The notes under the pieces: model-generated | What the model saw: only the letters and a program-made list of their open reading frames with translations | Told to the model about the DNA's origin: nothing | The model's database searches: none | Made by a program: the position numbers and the translations under genes | Shown: piece by piece, positions 1-9,757 of the stretch | How positions within the stretch are numbered: position 1 is the stretch's first letter | How the letters are laid out: each line of letters opens with the position of its first letter | Assembly: GCA_018396535.1 (NCBI GenBank) | Contig: JAGTQC010000004.1 | Coordinates: forward strand, 1-64,000 | From: Candidatus Bathyarchaeota archaeon | Lineage (GTDB): Archaea; Thermoproteota; CALKCG01; B24; DRYS01 | Reading direction: 5' to 3' | DNA: 64,000 nt

Positions 1-302
1 CTAAGCTCATTATCCAAGTTCTCGACGAGCTTCCTCAGAAGCCTATTCTCCTCTCGTAGGCGCTTAACCTCCTCCTCAGTATTCCTAAGCCTCTTAATTA
101 AATCGGCCCTGCTGAGATAGCCCTCCTCGCCATCCTCGCGCCTAATAGAGTCTAGGACACGCTCAATAACAAACTTAGATAGCGATACACCAGCCCTCTC
201 GGCTCGACGCTTCCAATCCTCAACCATCTCCAGAGAAGGCAGATAAATATAGACGGTTCTCTCCTTAATAGTCTCAGTCTTACCCCTATTAGCGCGCGGC
301 AT
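1..302 (-). CDS. Ribbon-helix-helix-like DNA-binding protein with coiled-coil tail (3' end outside the window)
   Basis: Not in the ORF track. Manual translation from the ATG at 302 gives MPRANRGKTETIKERTVYIYLPSLEMVEDWKRRAERAGVSLSKFVIERVLDSIRRE...LRNTEEEVKRLREENRLLRKLVENLDNEL, open to position 1. Beta-strand/helix/G-x-S-x-S/helix pattern of the RHH fold. Confidence 0.7.
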   Translation of the reverse strand, partial: MPRANRGKTETIKERTVYIYLPSLEMVEDWKRRAERAGVSLSKFVIERVLDSIRREDGEEGYLSRADLIKRLRNTEEEVKRLREENRLLRKLVENLDNEL

Positions 303-354
303 ATATAATCAAAAGAATAAATTCAAACCTAGATATAAATTTTTACCGGTAAAA

Positions 355-442
355 TGGTGCGGGGGGTGGGATTTGAACCCACGAAGGGCTACCCCACAGG
401 GTCCTAAGCCCTGCGCCTTAGACCAGGCTTGGCTACCCCCGC
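355..442 (-). tRNA. tRNA-Leu (anticodon TAG), long variable arm, CCA encoded
   Basis: Reverse complement GCGGGGGTAGCCAAGCCTGGTCTAAGGCGCAGGGCTTAGGACCCTGTGGGGTAGCCCTTCGTGGGTTCAAATCCCACCCCCCGCACCA: acceptor stem GCGGGGG/CCCCCGC, anticodon arm CAGGG-CTTAGGA-CCCTG, T-loop GTTCAAATC, no intron. Confidence 0.97.
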
Positions 443-470
443 TTTATTTTAAATAAAGGTTTTACTAGGG

Positions 471-484
471 TTTAAAGTCTTTCC
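471..484 (-). promoter_or_regulatory. BRE-TATA promoter of tRNA-Leu
   Basis: Minus strand GGAAAGAC-TTTAAA about 29 nt upstream of the tRNA 5' end. Confidence 0.55.
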
Positions 485-539
485 ATGTATTTTACCATGT
501 AGTTTCTATTCTTTTCCATATAGGGGTTGTATATGTAGC

Positions 540-1250
540 TTATGGTTGCACCACTATTCCTTTCTCGGTTATTTCGAATATATGTTTTTGCATGGAGTGC
601 CTAGTCCCCATCATTTTTGGTATAGTGAGTATTCTTCGATATCCTTCTCCTATATCTTCTAGATCTAATTTTATCACACCATCTGCTATATGTTCTACGT
701 AGGTTGTAGGTAGGTTTTTATCCGTTACACCTTTCTGCCATATTAAGAGCGATGTGCATCCTAAGCTTACTAGTAGACGTTTGATAAGCACTATCGTTTG
801 TCTGAACATCTCAGGCTTTATAAGGTATAGTGTGGATATGGAGTCGATAGCAACTCTTTTTGCCTTTACATCTTTGATAGCTGTTTTTAAGGCATCTACT
901 ATGCTGGGTATCTCGTTTGGATCCTTAACTGTATACTTCTCCTTTCTATCGGGTTCTCCTACCCCTCCTGTGAAGCAGTCTATGATAGCGAATGCTCTAT
1001 TATCTTCGTATGGCTTTACATCCCATCCGAACATAGACATATTCATCCTAACCCTAGCAGGATAATCCTCGAATTCTAAGAGTACTCCAGGCTCCCCCTG
1101 TCTTATCCCTCTATATAGGAATTGGTATGCGAATATAGATTTACCTGTTCCAGGTCCTCCAGATAATAGTACTGTAAGCCCTCTCGGCAAACCTCCATGG
1201 AGGATTTCATTCATACCAGGGATACCTATATCTACTCTACCTGGAAGCAT
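540..1250 (-). CDS. KaiC/RAD55-family RecA-superfamily ATPase (single domain)
   Basis: GIPGMNEILHGG, Walker A GPGTGKS, Walker B VAIDS, HIADGVIKL, IPKMMGT. Start set at MLPG (1250), which follows a GGGGGT RBS-like element. Confidence 0.85.
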   Translation of the reverse strand: MLPGRVDIGIPGMNEILHGGLPRGLTVLLSGGPGTGKSIFAYQFLYRGIRQGEPGVLLEFEDYPARVRMNMSMFGWDVKPYEDNRAFAIIDCFTGGVGEPDRKEKYTVKDPNEIPSIVDALKTAIKDVKAKRVAIDSISTLYLIKPEMFRQTIVLIKRLLVSLGCTSLLIWQKGVTDKNLPTTYVEHIADGVIKLDLEDIGEGYRRILTIPKMMGTRHSMQKHIFEITEKGIVVQP

Positions 1251-1338
1251 AGTACCCCCTTTCGATATTCCTACGAGACGTATACTAAAATGTTTAATAC
1301 AATCCATAGAGGTGTTAAAGTGGTTGACTGATTAGGCT

Positions 1339-2646
1339 ATGAAGCGTAGAATCTCATCGCAGTTTCGTAGCCACTACTCAGCAGAACTAGTTAAGCTACC
1401 TGAAGGGTATAGGGTATCTATCGCTGGCTACGTAGTATCTGTTAGACTTCATGGAGGGGTTATATTCTTCGTAGTCTACGATGGCGGTTATATACAATGC
1501 GTAGCTCATATGGATGAGGTTGATGTTGAAGTATGGAAGAAGATGCTGGAGGTTAGAGAATATTTCTATGTCTCCATATCAGGTTGTGTATCGTATACTG
1601 AGAGAGCTCCGAATGGTGTGGAGATCGTTATGGATGATGTTAGGATTGTAGCTAAACCTAATAGGATACCCCCGTTCCACCCATATTCTAGGAAGCTTCC
1701 AAGCTTAGATAAGAGATTAGATATAAGAGCTGTGGATTTGCGTAGACCTCAGCTCCATGCTATATTTAAGATTAGGCATGAAGTTCTACAGGCTATTAGG
1801 AGATTCCTCGTAGCTAGAGGATTCATAGAAGTTAATACTCCTAAGATAATAGCATCGGCTACGGAGGGTGGGGCAGCTCTATTCCCTCTATTCTACTATG
1901 ATAAGGAAGCGTTCCTAGCTCAAAGCCCTCAGCTTTATAAGGAGCAGCTATCCGCTGCTCTGGATAGGGTTTTCGAGATAGCTCCTATATTCAGAGCTGA
2001 GGAGTTTAAGACGGATAGACATCTAAGCGAGACTATATCGCTAGATGTGGAGATGGCTTTCGCAGATTATAGAGACGTTATGAATCTGCTAGAGGATCTG
2101 ATAGTATATATTGTAAACTCTGTTAGGAGGTACTGTATAGCTCAGCTAGCATTCCTGAATATAGGCGATCTCAAGGTTAGAAAACCGTTTAGACGTATAT
2201 CTTATGATAGGGTTATATCGAAGCTTAAAGATCTCGGTCTAGAAGTGGGGTGGGGTGAGGATCTATCTACAGCGGCTCTGAGGAGACTTGCAGAGGTGTA
2301 TAGAGAGCCATACTTCATAGTAGATTGGCCTAGAGGGTTGAAACCATTCTACATAAAGTCTAAGAGGGGGGGTGTTACAGAATCCTTCGATCTGATGTGG
2401 GGTCATGTAGAGATAGCTTCGGGTGGTAGTAGAGTTAACTCTAAGAGATCTCTTGCTAGGAGGATCAGGATGCAAGGGTTGAATACCGAAAGCTTCGAAT
2501 ACCATCTCAAGGTATTCGATTACGGTATGCCTCCGCATGCAGGTTTCGGTCTAGGTGTAGATAGACTTATCATGGTGTTAACTAATCGAGATGATATAAG
2601 AGAGGTGGTATTCTATCCTAGGGATCCGTCGAGGCTTACACCTTAG
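1339..2646 (+). CDS. aspS: Aspartate--tRNA(Asp/Asn) ligase, archaeal non-discriminating type
   Basis: OB anticodon domain with an RAPNG loop (Pro typical of ND-AspRS), LAQSPQLYKE, FRAE, GMPPHAGFGLGVDR; sits directly before gatCAB. Confidence 0.95.
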   Translation: MKRRISSQFRSHYSAELVKLPEGYRVSIAGYVVSVRLHGGVIFFVVYDGGYIQCVAHMDEVDVEVWKKMLEVREYFYVSISGCVSYTERAPNGVEIVMDDVRIVAKPNRIPPFHPYSRKLPSLDKRLDIRAVDLRRPQLHAIFKIRHEVLQAIRRFLVARGFIEVNTPKIIASATEGGAALFPLFYYDKEAFLAQSPQLYKEQLSAALDRVFEIAPIFRAEEFKTDRHLSETISLDVEMAFADYRDVMNLLEDLIVYIVNSVRRYCIAQLAFLNIGDLKVRKPFRRISYDRVISKLKDLGLEVGWGEDLSTAALRRLAEVYREPYFIVDWPRGLKPFYIKSKRGGVTESFDLMWGHVEIASGGSRVNSKRSLARRIRMQGLNTESFEYHLKVFDYGMPPHAGFGLGVDRLIMVLTNRDDIREVVFYPRDPSRLTP

Positions 2647-2952
2647 ATGGAGGTGTTCAACCTAGGGTTGAGCATTAGAGAATCTAGATTCGATGTTAAG
2701 CGTCTAGCATCGCTTGTAAAGCTTAGGCTATCACCTGAGGAGGAGAAGCTATTTAGCGTTCAGCTATCTAGGATATTGGAGTTCTTTAATCGGTTAGATA
2801 AAGCTCAGGTAGATGATGTTGAACCTACCTTCCACCCCCTCGAGATATACAATGTATTCCGTGAGGATATTGTCTCACCATATCCTAGCGATAAGCTTCT
2901 AAGCCTACCTAGTAGGGTTAAGGAGCGTTATATATGGGCTCCGAGGATGTAG
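2647..2952 (+). CDS. gatC: Asp/Glu-tRNA amidotransferase subunit C
   Basis: VKRLASLVKLRL...QLSRILEFFNRL...VEPT...REDI...APR pattern; position between aspS and gatA. Confidence 0.88.
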   Translation: MEVFNLGLSIRESRFDVKRLASLVKLRLSPEEEKLFSVQLSRILEFFNRLDKAQVDDVEPTFHPLEIYNVFREDIVSPYPSDKLLSLPSRVKERYIWAPRM

Positions 2953-2958
2953 GTAGCC

Positions 2959-4395
2959 TTGAAGGAGACCTATACTTTGAAACTTATACAGGAGATAGAA
3001 TCTGGTAGTCTACCATTAGATGAGTATCTAGCTAGGAAAGCTGAAGCTATAGCGAAGCTGGAGCCGATACTTAATAGCTTCATAACAGTGGTTAAAGGTT
3101 TCGAAAAGAGTAGAATCGAGAGATTAGGCTTACTTAAGGGGTTAACCGTAGCTATCAAGGATAACATATGTATGGAGGGTATAGAGACAACTTGTGGAAG
3201 CCTTATACTTAGAGGTTATAAGCCGAGCTATGATGCTACAGTCGTGGAGAGGATTAAGAAGAATTCAGGGGTTATAACTGGTAAAACCAATATGGATGAA
3301 TTCGCTATGGGGTCGACTACAGAGTGGAGTGCATTCGGTCCTACTAGGAACCCATGGGATCCATGTAGAGTTCCAGGTGGATCCTCTGGTGGAAGTGCTG
3401 CAGCAGTAGCTTCAGGTGAATCAGATCTAGCTCTAGGATCAGATACAGGTGGATCTATAAGATGCCCAGCCTCATTCTGCGGGGTGGTAGGGTTGAAGCC
3501 TACATACGGGCTTGTAAGTAGGTATGGGTTAATAGCTTACGCCAACAGTTTAGAGCAGATAGGGCCTATAGCTAGGGATGTATATGGGTGCGCTCTCCTT
3601 CTAACAGCTATAGCCGGCTACGATCCTAGAGATTCTACATCGATCGATAGATCCTATACGGATTATAGGTATGCTTTAATCGAAGGTTTAGAAGGGTTTA
3701 GGCTAGGTGTAGTAAGGGAGCTTCTAGGTGAAGGTGTCGATCAACGAGTATCATCATGTATAGAAGAGTCTATCTATAGGTTTGAATCGCTAGGTGCAAC
3801 TGTTGAGGAGGTTTCGATACCATCGATAAGCTTCGCTCTCCCAGCCTACTATATCATAGCTATGGCTGAAGCTAGCTCTAACCTAGCTAGATACGATGGT
3901 GTGAGGTACGGTATGAGTCTATCCGCGAGGGATTATGATTGGAGCCGATACTATGAGGATGTTAGGAGTAGGGGGTTCGGTTTAGAGGTTAAGAGGAGGA
4001 TTATCTTAGGTGCATACGTACTCTCAGCAGGATACTATGATAGATACTATATTAAGGCTTTGAAGGTTAGGACTCTGATAAAGAAGGGATTCATGGAGGT
4101 ATTTAAAAGATTCGATGCGTTGATAGGCCCATCCATGCCTATCCTACCCTTTAGGATAGGTGAGAAGATAGAGGATCCATTAGAGCTGTATATGTGCGAT
4201 ATAGATACAGTTCCTGTAAATCTAGCAGGTTTACCAGCTATTTCGATACCATGCGGCTTAGTCGATGATTTACCAGTGGGGTTGCAGATTATAGGCTCGT
4301 ATTTCTGTGAGGATACGATACTTAGGATAGCCTATAACTTGGAGGCTGCGTTAGATCTAAGATTGAAACCGGTATTCTCGGAGGTATGCGTATAG
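2959..4395 (+). CDS. gatA: Asp/Glu-tRNA amidotransferase subunit A
   Basis: Amidase signature IKDN, GKTNMDEFAMG, GGSSGGS, GSDTGGSIR, EASSNLARYDG. Confidence 0.96.
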   Translation: MKETYTLKLIQEIESGSLPLDEYLARKAEAIAKLEPILNSFITVVKGFEKSRIERLGLLKGLTVAIKDNICMEGIETTCGSLILRGYKPSYDATVVERIKKNSGVITGKTNMDEFAMGSTTEWSAFGPTRNPWDPCRVPGGSSGGSAAAVASGESDLALGSDTGGSIRCPASFCGVVGLKPTYGLVSRYGLIAYANSLEQIGPIARDVYGCALLLTAIAGYDPRDSTSIDRSYTDYRYALIEGLEGFRLGVVRELLGEGVDQRVSSCIEESIYRFESLGATVEEVSIPSISFALPAYYIIAMAEASSNLARYDGVRYGMSLSARDYDWSRYYEDVRSRGFGLEVKRRIILGAYVLSAGYYDRYYIKALKVRTLIKKGFMEVFKRFDALIGPSMPILPFRIGEKIEDPLELYMCDIDTVPVNLAGLPAISIPCGLVDDLPVGLQIIGSYFCEDTILRIAYNLEAALDLRLKPVFSEVCV

Positions 4396-5834
4396 TGTCC
4401 GAGCTTAAGCCTATTATAGGCTTAGAAGTTCACTGTCAGCTTACAAACCTTAGGAGTAAGCTTTTCTGCTCATGCTCAGCAGATTATAGGGGTAAGCCTC
4501 CGAATACGAATATATGCCCTGTATGTATAGGGGAGCCCGGCTCCCTACCAGTATTGAATAGGGAGGCGTTGATATCTGTGTTGAAGGTAGCTATAGCGCT
4601 TAAAGCTGATATATCTAGGTTCACATACTTCTCACGTAAGAACTACTTCTACCCAGATCTACCTAAAAACTTCCAGATATCACAGTATGATGGAGCTGGT
4701 GGTATACCTATCGCTAGAGGAGGCTCGATAGATATAGGGGGGCGTATCGTAAGGATAAGACGTATACAGCTAGAGGAGGATCCGGGTAGGATAGTCTACG
4801 AGGGTACGATAACAAGTTCTACAGGGCTACTAATGGACTATAATAGGTCTGGGATAGCTCTAGTAGAGATAGTTACCGAGCCTGATATAACCTCTCCGAG
4901 AGAGGCTAGAGTATTCTTAGAGAAGCTTAGATCGCTCTTAGAGTATATAGGGGTTTTCGATGGAAGCTTGGAGGGTGCTATGAGATGTGATGCTAACATA
5001 TCTATACCTGGTGGTGGTAGGGTTGAGATTAAGAATATCTCCTCCTTCCACGATGTTGAGAAAGCGTTAAGCTTCGAGTTAGCTAGGCAGAAGCAGAGGA
5101 TGGTGAGAGGGTTGGGTGTAATACGTGAAACTAGGCATTGGGATCCTCGTAGACGTATAACCGTATCCCTAAGGGTTAAGGAGGAGGAGCAGGATTACAG
5201 GTATTTCCCAGAGCCTGATCTACCACCGATAATAGTTACGGATGCGTTGATAGAGGAGGCGGAGAGGTCTATGCCGATACTCCCATACGAGAAGATCGAT
5301 TTATACGTATCGAAGTATGGTTTAAGTAGGGGTTTAGCAGAGATCCTCGTAAGTTCTAAAGATTTATCCGAGTTATACGATAAGATCGTAGAATGCTATG
5401 GTAAACCAGGTAGGGTTGCCTCATGGCTTATAGAAGATCTACTACCACTCCTAGATAAGCTTGGAGTAGGGGTTAAGGATTCTAAAGCTAAACCTGAGGA
5501 TATAGCATATCTATTAAAGTCTATCGATGAAGGGCTTATAGATAGATCTAGAGCGCTATCTATGCTTAGATCTATGGTGCTCGAAGGTTCTAGACCAGTT
5601 ATAGTGTTTGAGCATAGCTTAGAATCTAGGATAAGCCTTGTCGAGCTGGATAGGATTATATCCGAGGTTGTAGAAGCTGAGGGGAAGGCGTTCCAGGATG
5701 CTATACGCAACCCTAAGGCTTTAAACTATCTTGTAGGGTTGGTTGTTAAGAGGTGTGGAGGTAGAGCTGATCCTAGAGAGGTTTATAAGCTTCTATCGAA
5801 GAAGGTTAGAGAGTATAGGAGGTCTAGAAGATAG
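4386..5834 (+). CDS. gatB: Asp/Glu-tRNA amidotransferase subunit B
   Basis: IGLEVHCQL, RKNYFYPDLPKNFQISQY, DYNRSG, EIVTEPD, MRCDANIS, DYRYFPEPDL. Confidence 0.96.
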   Translation: MRIVSELKPIIGLEVHCQLTNLRSKLFCSCSADYRGKPPNTNICPVCIGEPGSLPVLNREALISVLKVAIALKADISRFTYFSRKNYFYPDLPKNFQISQYDGAGGIPIARGGSIDIGGRIVRIRRIQLEEDPGRIVYEGTITSSTGLLMDYNRSGIALVEIVTEPDITSPREARVFLEKLRSLLEYIGVFDGSLEGAMRCDANISIPGGGRVEIKNISSFHDVEKALSFELARQKQRMVRGLGVIRETRHWDPRRRITVSLRVKEEEQDYRYFPEPDLPPIIVTDALIEEAERSMPILPYEKIDLYVSKYGLSRGLAEILVSSKDLSELYDKIVECYGKPGRVASWLIEDLLPLLDKLGVGVKDSKAKPEDIAYLLKSIDEGLIDRSRALSMLRSMVLEGSRPVIVFEHSLESRISLVELDRIISEVVEAEGKAFQDAIRNPKALNYLVGLVVKRCGGRADPREVYKLLSKKVREYRRSRR

Positions 5835-5900
5835 TTTAACGTTTATCAAGGAGTAAACGTTAATCTATAAGATTACGGGGATAAATATTATTCGGATGTT

Positions 5901-6998
5901 ATGAGCTGGTTTCTTCTAAGACCCGATGCCTTTAAAGTTCTAGGTGATGAAAGGGTTAGGAGAAGTTTGAATAGGTATTTCGGTATACTAGAGGGTAGGT
6001 ATCATCCTAAGTTTATGATAGCTTCCAGAGTTGATGTAGATTTCTCAGATGACGATTCTCTTAGAAGCCTATGGGACGCTCATAGAGCTGCTCTCGAAGA
6101 GTATGTAGAGTTGGAGCGTAGATTAGATTCAGGAGAAGCTAGATTCGAAGATCTACAGATTCCTAAACGCTCTCTTCTAGATCTTAAATCTGTTATAGCT
6201 CGTAGACTCCTAGAGGAATGCTGCTTCTGCGAGAGGAGGTGTAGGGTTAATAGGGCTAGAGGTGAGCTAGGCTTCTGTAGGTGTGGGGAGGTATTCCTCC
6301 TATCATCAGCTTTCCACCATCTAGGTGAGGAACCGGAGCTTGTACCAAGTGGTACAGTATTCTCCATAGGATGCAACCTCGTATGCCTACACTGCCAGAA
6401 TTGGACTATATCACAGAGGTATGAAGCTGGGGATCCGTTAACTATTAGAGAGCTAGCTCGTATAGTCGAGAAGCTTAGGAGAGAGGGTTGTAGGAATTGT
6501 AATATGGTAGGTGGGGATCCTACACCATGGCTTCACGTATGGATAGATACATTTAGGTATGTAAGGGTAGCGATACCGACAGTCTGGAATAGCAATAGCT
6601 ACTATAGTATAGAAGCATCGGAGCTTCTAAAAGGCTTCATAGATATATACCTACTAGACTTTAAGTATGGTAACGATAGATGTGCTGAAAGGATATCATC
6701 CGCACCTAGATACGTAGAGGTTTGTAGAAGGAATCATATAGAAGCTTTGAGAAGTGGTGAGCTTATAATAAGGATATTACTCCTACCCGAGCATATAGAA
6801 TGCTGTGCTAAACCCATACTGGAATGGATAGCTGAAAACCTCGGTACATGGGTTAGAGTCAATATAATGGATCAGTATACACCTCACTGGAGAGCGTACG
6901 AAGTGCCTGAGCTTAGAAGGAGGCTGTATAGAGAGGAGTATGAGGAAGCCCTACGCTATGCTGAAAGGTTAGGTTTCACAAACCTGGTTCCACCTTAA
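5901..6998 (+). CDS. Radical SAM protein, PflX / PFL-activating-enzyme-like
   Basis: CNLVCLHCQN (CxxxCxxC), GGDPTP, N-terminal CxxCxRxC, HHLGEEPEL, LLDFKYG. Confidence 0.85.
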   Translation: MSWFLLRPDAFKVLGDERVRRSLNRYFGILEGRYHPKFMIASRVDVDFSDDDSLRSLWDAHRAALEEYVELERRLDSGEARFEDLQIPKRSLLDLKSVIARRLLEECCFCERRCRVNRARGELGFCRCGEVFLLSSAFHHLGEEPELVPSGTVFSIGCNLVCLHCQNWTISQRYEAGDPLTIRELARIVEKLRREGCRNCNMVGGDPTPWLHVWIDTFRYVRVAIPTVWNSNSYYSIEASELLKGFIDIYLLDFKYGNDRCAERISSAPRYVEVCRRNHIEALRSGELIIRILLLPEHIECCAKPILEWIAENLGTWVRVNIMDQYTPHWRAYEVPELRRRLYREEYEEALRYAERLGFTNLVPP

Positions 6999-7018
6999 CC
7001 TCGCAGGGAATAGGCATC

Positions 7019-7483
7019 CTAAGACTGCTTCGGCTTCTCCCTAACCCATAGAGCCCCCTTCTCAGAATAGCTTGAAGGGAATCTAACATAGGTCCTAGTC
7101 TTCAAAGGCTTCTCGTATATCCTTCTATAACCTCCATCTACCGCTACTAGATGCTCCACCTCCATCTGGAAGCTACCGTAGGCTTCATAGGATGCATAGT
7201 GAAGCTGGAAGCAGCAAGGTCTAGTCATAGATATTACACGCTTAAGCTTTAAACCGTATGCGATGAATCTACGAATCGAAGACTCTATAGATTCATAGTT
7301 CTCTATCTCTGGGCATGCAGATAACACTAGATCCACATCCCCTAGAAGCTTAACGTGTAGCTCAGGATATGTTAAAGCGAAGCAATCAGCTACTATAGCG
7401 AAAACCTCTACACCTTCTAGAAGCGGATCATCAATCTTAGTTAGGGTTAAACGCCAACATCTAACCCGATCAGATCTAACCAT
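7019..7483 (-). CDS. Putative Fe-S cluster-binding protein (stand-alone ADC...CP...PCC domain)
   Basis: IVADCFALTYPELH...SACPE...MTRPCC resembles the C-terminal domain of a widespread 4Fe-4S-associated family (AADC..., GCPK, EVPCC); recognised from memory. Confidence 0.55.
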   Translation of the reverse strand: MVRSDRVRCWRLTLTKIDDPLLEGVEVFAIVADCFALTYPELHVKLLGDVDLVLSACPEIENYESIESSIRRFIAYGLKLKRVISMTRPCCFQLHYASYEAYGSFQMEVEHLVAVDGGYRRIYEKPLKTRTYVRFPSSYSEKGALWVREKPKQS

Positions 7484-7484
7484 C

Positions 7485-7742
7485 CTAGATCCCGCCGATC
7501 CTACTCTCTTTAACCTTCTCTATAAACTCCCTACATCTATCTGCATACTTACACCATTCTAAGCATGAGAAGCGTTGTTCGCGAACAACTATAGCTCCAC
7601 AGCTGCTGCATCTAGTCTCATCTTCATCGCTCCAGATTTCTACCTCTGAACCGCAGTTAGGACACTCGATATACTCGGGTATAGGTCTTAGGAGGTTAGC
7701 TATACCTGGGCATAACCTCCAATCCCTAGATCGCGCATACAT
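7485..7742 (-). CDS. Small Cys-rich zinc-ribbon protein
   Basis: CPG...CPNCGSEVEIWSDE...CSSCG...SCLEWC...C: 8 Cys in 85 aa. Confidence 0.7.
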   Translation of the reverse strand: MYARSRDWRLCPGIANLLRPIPEYIECPNCGSEVEIWSDEDETRCSSCGAIVVREQRFSCLEWCKYADRCREFIEKVKESRIGGI

Positions 7743-7871
7743 GCTGATATTATCCTAGATATAACGATGCTATAAGGGTTTCTTCTCTTACGTAAACCTG
7801 GTAGCATAACCTATCCTAATATTTAAAAATCTGAAACTTTATTAGTCATCGGCGATCCTCAAGATAATAGG

Positions 7872-8912
7872 TTGAGTGTAGTCGGAAGCATGAATACTTT
7901 CATAGCGGATCTACATGATCTCGATAGGCTTGTAGAAGTTGCTAGGTCTAGGTATAGTGTTTACGCACCTGTGAGAAGGGGGAGAGGCTACGTATTCTCT
8001 AAGATAGAAGGTATGAGCGATACCGATCTAAGATATAATAGGACTATACTCCCACCTACGAAGATCTTCCATAGACCTAAGGAGGTTCTCCTAAGGTTTC
8101 AGCTTGCCGATGGACCTGAATTCGGCGAAGTAGTTGAGGTGGAACCGATGATGATCTTCGGTGTTCATGCATGCGATCTTAACGCTATACTCCGTCTAGA
8201 TAGATTCTTTACACGTAGGTTTGAGGATCCATACTATCTTGCTAGGAGGAGGGGTAGCGTTGTAGTAGCTTTGAATTGCAACGGTCCTAGGGATGAGTAC
8301 TGCTTTTGTGCATCGCTAGGTACAGGTCCCACTGTGTACGGAGGCTACGATATACTGTTAACCGAGGTTAGGGATAGGATGTTCCTAGTTGAAGCCGGAT
8401 CCGAGATAGGAGCTAATCTAATCGATGAAGCTAGGTTTAGGAGAGCTTCGATGAGCGATATGGAGGCTAAGAAAGCTGTAGCTTCGACTGCTAAAAGGGA
8501 GTTTAGGAGGTATGCCGATTTTAGAAGCTTATCGTATCCTGTGATAGAGGTTTTAGCTCACACTGTATGGGATGAGGAGGCTGATAAATGCTTCTCTTGT
8601 GGTAATTGTAGCCTAGTATGCCCTACATGTTACTGCTATGAGATATACGATACACTTGATATGGATTTAAATAGCGGTTTCAGAGTTAGAAGGCTTGATT
8701 CATGCCAGCTATACGGGTATGCCGAAGTTGCTCTCGGAGGGAATTTCAGAAAGTCTAGGAAGGCTAGGCTTAGACATTGGATGGTATGTAAGTTCGGCGG
8801 AGCAGCCGGCGGGGAGCTATCGAGCTGCGTAGGATGCGGTAGATGCATATTCTATTGTCCAGCTAGGATAGATATAACTAGCGTAGCTTCTAGACTTAGG
8901 GAGGCTGTCTAG
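7872..8912 (+). CDS. hydB: Group 3b [NiFe]-hydrogenase (sulfhydrogenase) beta subunit, AsrA-like Fe-S protein
   Basis: GVHACD, CFCASLGTG, CFSCGNCSLVCPTCYC, CVGCGRCIFYCP. Confidence 0.88.
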   Translation: MSVVGSMNTFIADLHDLDRLVEVARSRYSVYAPVRRGRGYVFSKIEGMSDTDLRYNRTILPPTKIFHRPKEVLLRFQLADGPEFGEVVEVEPMMIFGVHACDLNAILRLDRFFTRRFEDPYYLARRRGSVVVALNCNGPRDEYCFCASLGTGPTVYGGYDILLTEVRDRMFLVEAGSEIGANLIDEARFRRASMSDMEAKKAVASTAKREFRRYADFRSLSYPVIEVLAHTVWDEEADKCFSCGNCSLVCPTCYCYEIYDTLDMDLNSGFRVRRLDSCQLYGYAEVALGGNFRKSRKARLRHWMVCKFGGAAGGELSSCVGCGRCIFYCPARIDITSVASRLREAV

Positions 8913-8914
8913 GA

Positions 8915-9739
8915 TTGACTAACCCCTATATACCTATGAAAGCTGAGATAGTATCGATAAAGACTGAAACTAGAGATATTAAAACCTTCAGGTTAAAGCC
9001 TCTCGGAGGTAAGCTAAAGTTTGAAGCAGGGCAGTTCGTAGAGGTGTCGGTCTTCGGTGTCGGTGAAGCTCCTATAAGCATATCCTCTGATCCAGATGTA
9101 GATGACTACTTCGAGTTATCTGTCAGGAGGGTTGGAAGCGTTACAGGGGCTCTATTCAAGCTTAGCGAAGGAGCTATCATAGGTGTTAGAGGCCCATATG
9201 GTAGGGGATGGCCTCTTAAGGAATCTGAGGGGATGGATGTGTTAATCGTGGGAGGTGGATGCGGCGCGGCGCCGCTCAGACCGGCTATCCTGAAGCTACT
9301 CAGAAGTAGAGATAGGTATGGTAGGATAGAGTTGCTATACGGTGCCAGGACTCCTAGCGACGTCATGTATATGGAGGAGTTTGAAGCTATCGCAGAGGGT
9401 AGCGGATGTAGAGTCTTATTAACGGTGGACACTATAGCTCCAGATAACAGGTGGCGTTACAGTGTAGGCGTCGTAACAAGCTTGTTCGACAAGATATCTG
9501 TAAATCCATTTAGATCTGTAGCTTTAGTATGCGGACCGGAGATTATGATGATGTACGCGGTGAGGGATCTGTTAAGGTTAGGTTTCAAACCTGAAAACAT
9601 ATATCTGTCTATGGAGAGGAGGATGAGGTGTGGTCTAGGTTTCTGCGGCCATTGCCAGATAGGTAGGAAGTATGTATGCCTTGATGGACCGGTATTCAGC
9701 TATAGCGAGATAGCACCTATGCCTGATAAGATCGTCTAG
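8915..9739 (+). CDS. hydG: Sulfhydrogenase gamma subunit (FAD/NAD(P)-binding, 2Fe-2S), AsrB-like
   Basis: GEAPISISS, RGPYGRGW, GGGCG, VCGPEIMM, ERRMRCGLGFCGHC...CLDGPVF. Confidence 0.9.
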   Translation: MTNPYIPMKAEIVSIKTETRDIKTFRLKPLGGKLKFEAGQFVEVSVFGVGEAPISISSDPDVDDYFELSVRRVGSVTGALFKLSEGAIIGVRGPYGRGWPLKESEGMDVLIVGGGCGAAPLRPAILKLLRSRDRYGRIELLYGARTPSDVMYMEEFEAIAEGSGCRVLLTVDTIAPDNRWRYSVGVVTSLFDKISVNPFRSVALVCGPEIMMMYAVRDLLRLGFKPENIYLSMERRMRCGLGFCGHCQIGRKYVCLDGPVFSYSEIAPMPDKIV

Positions 9740-9757
9740 CGGAGGTGTGGTGCAGGT

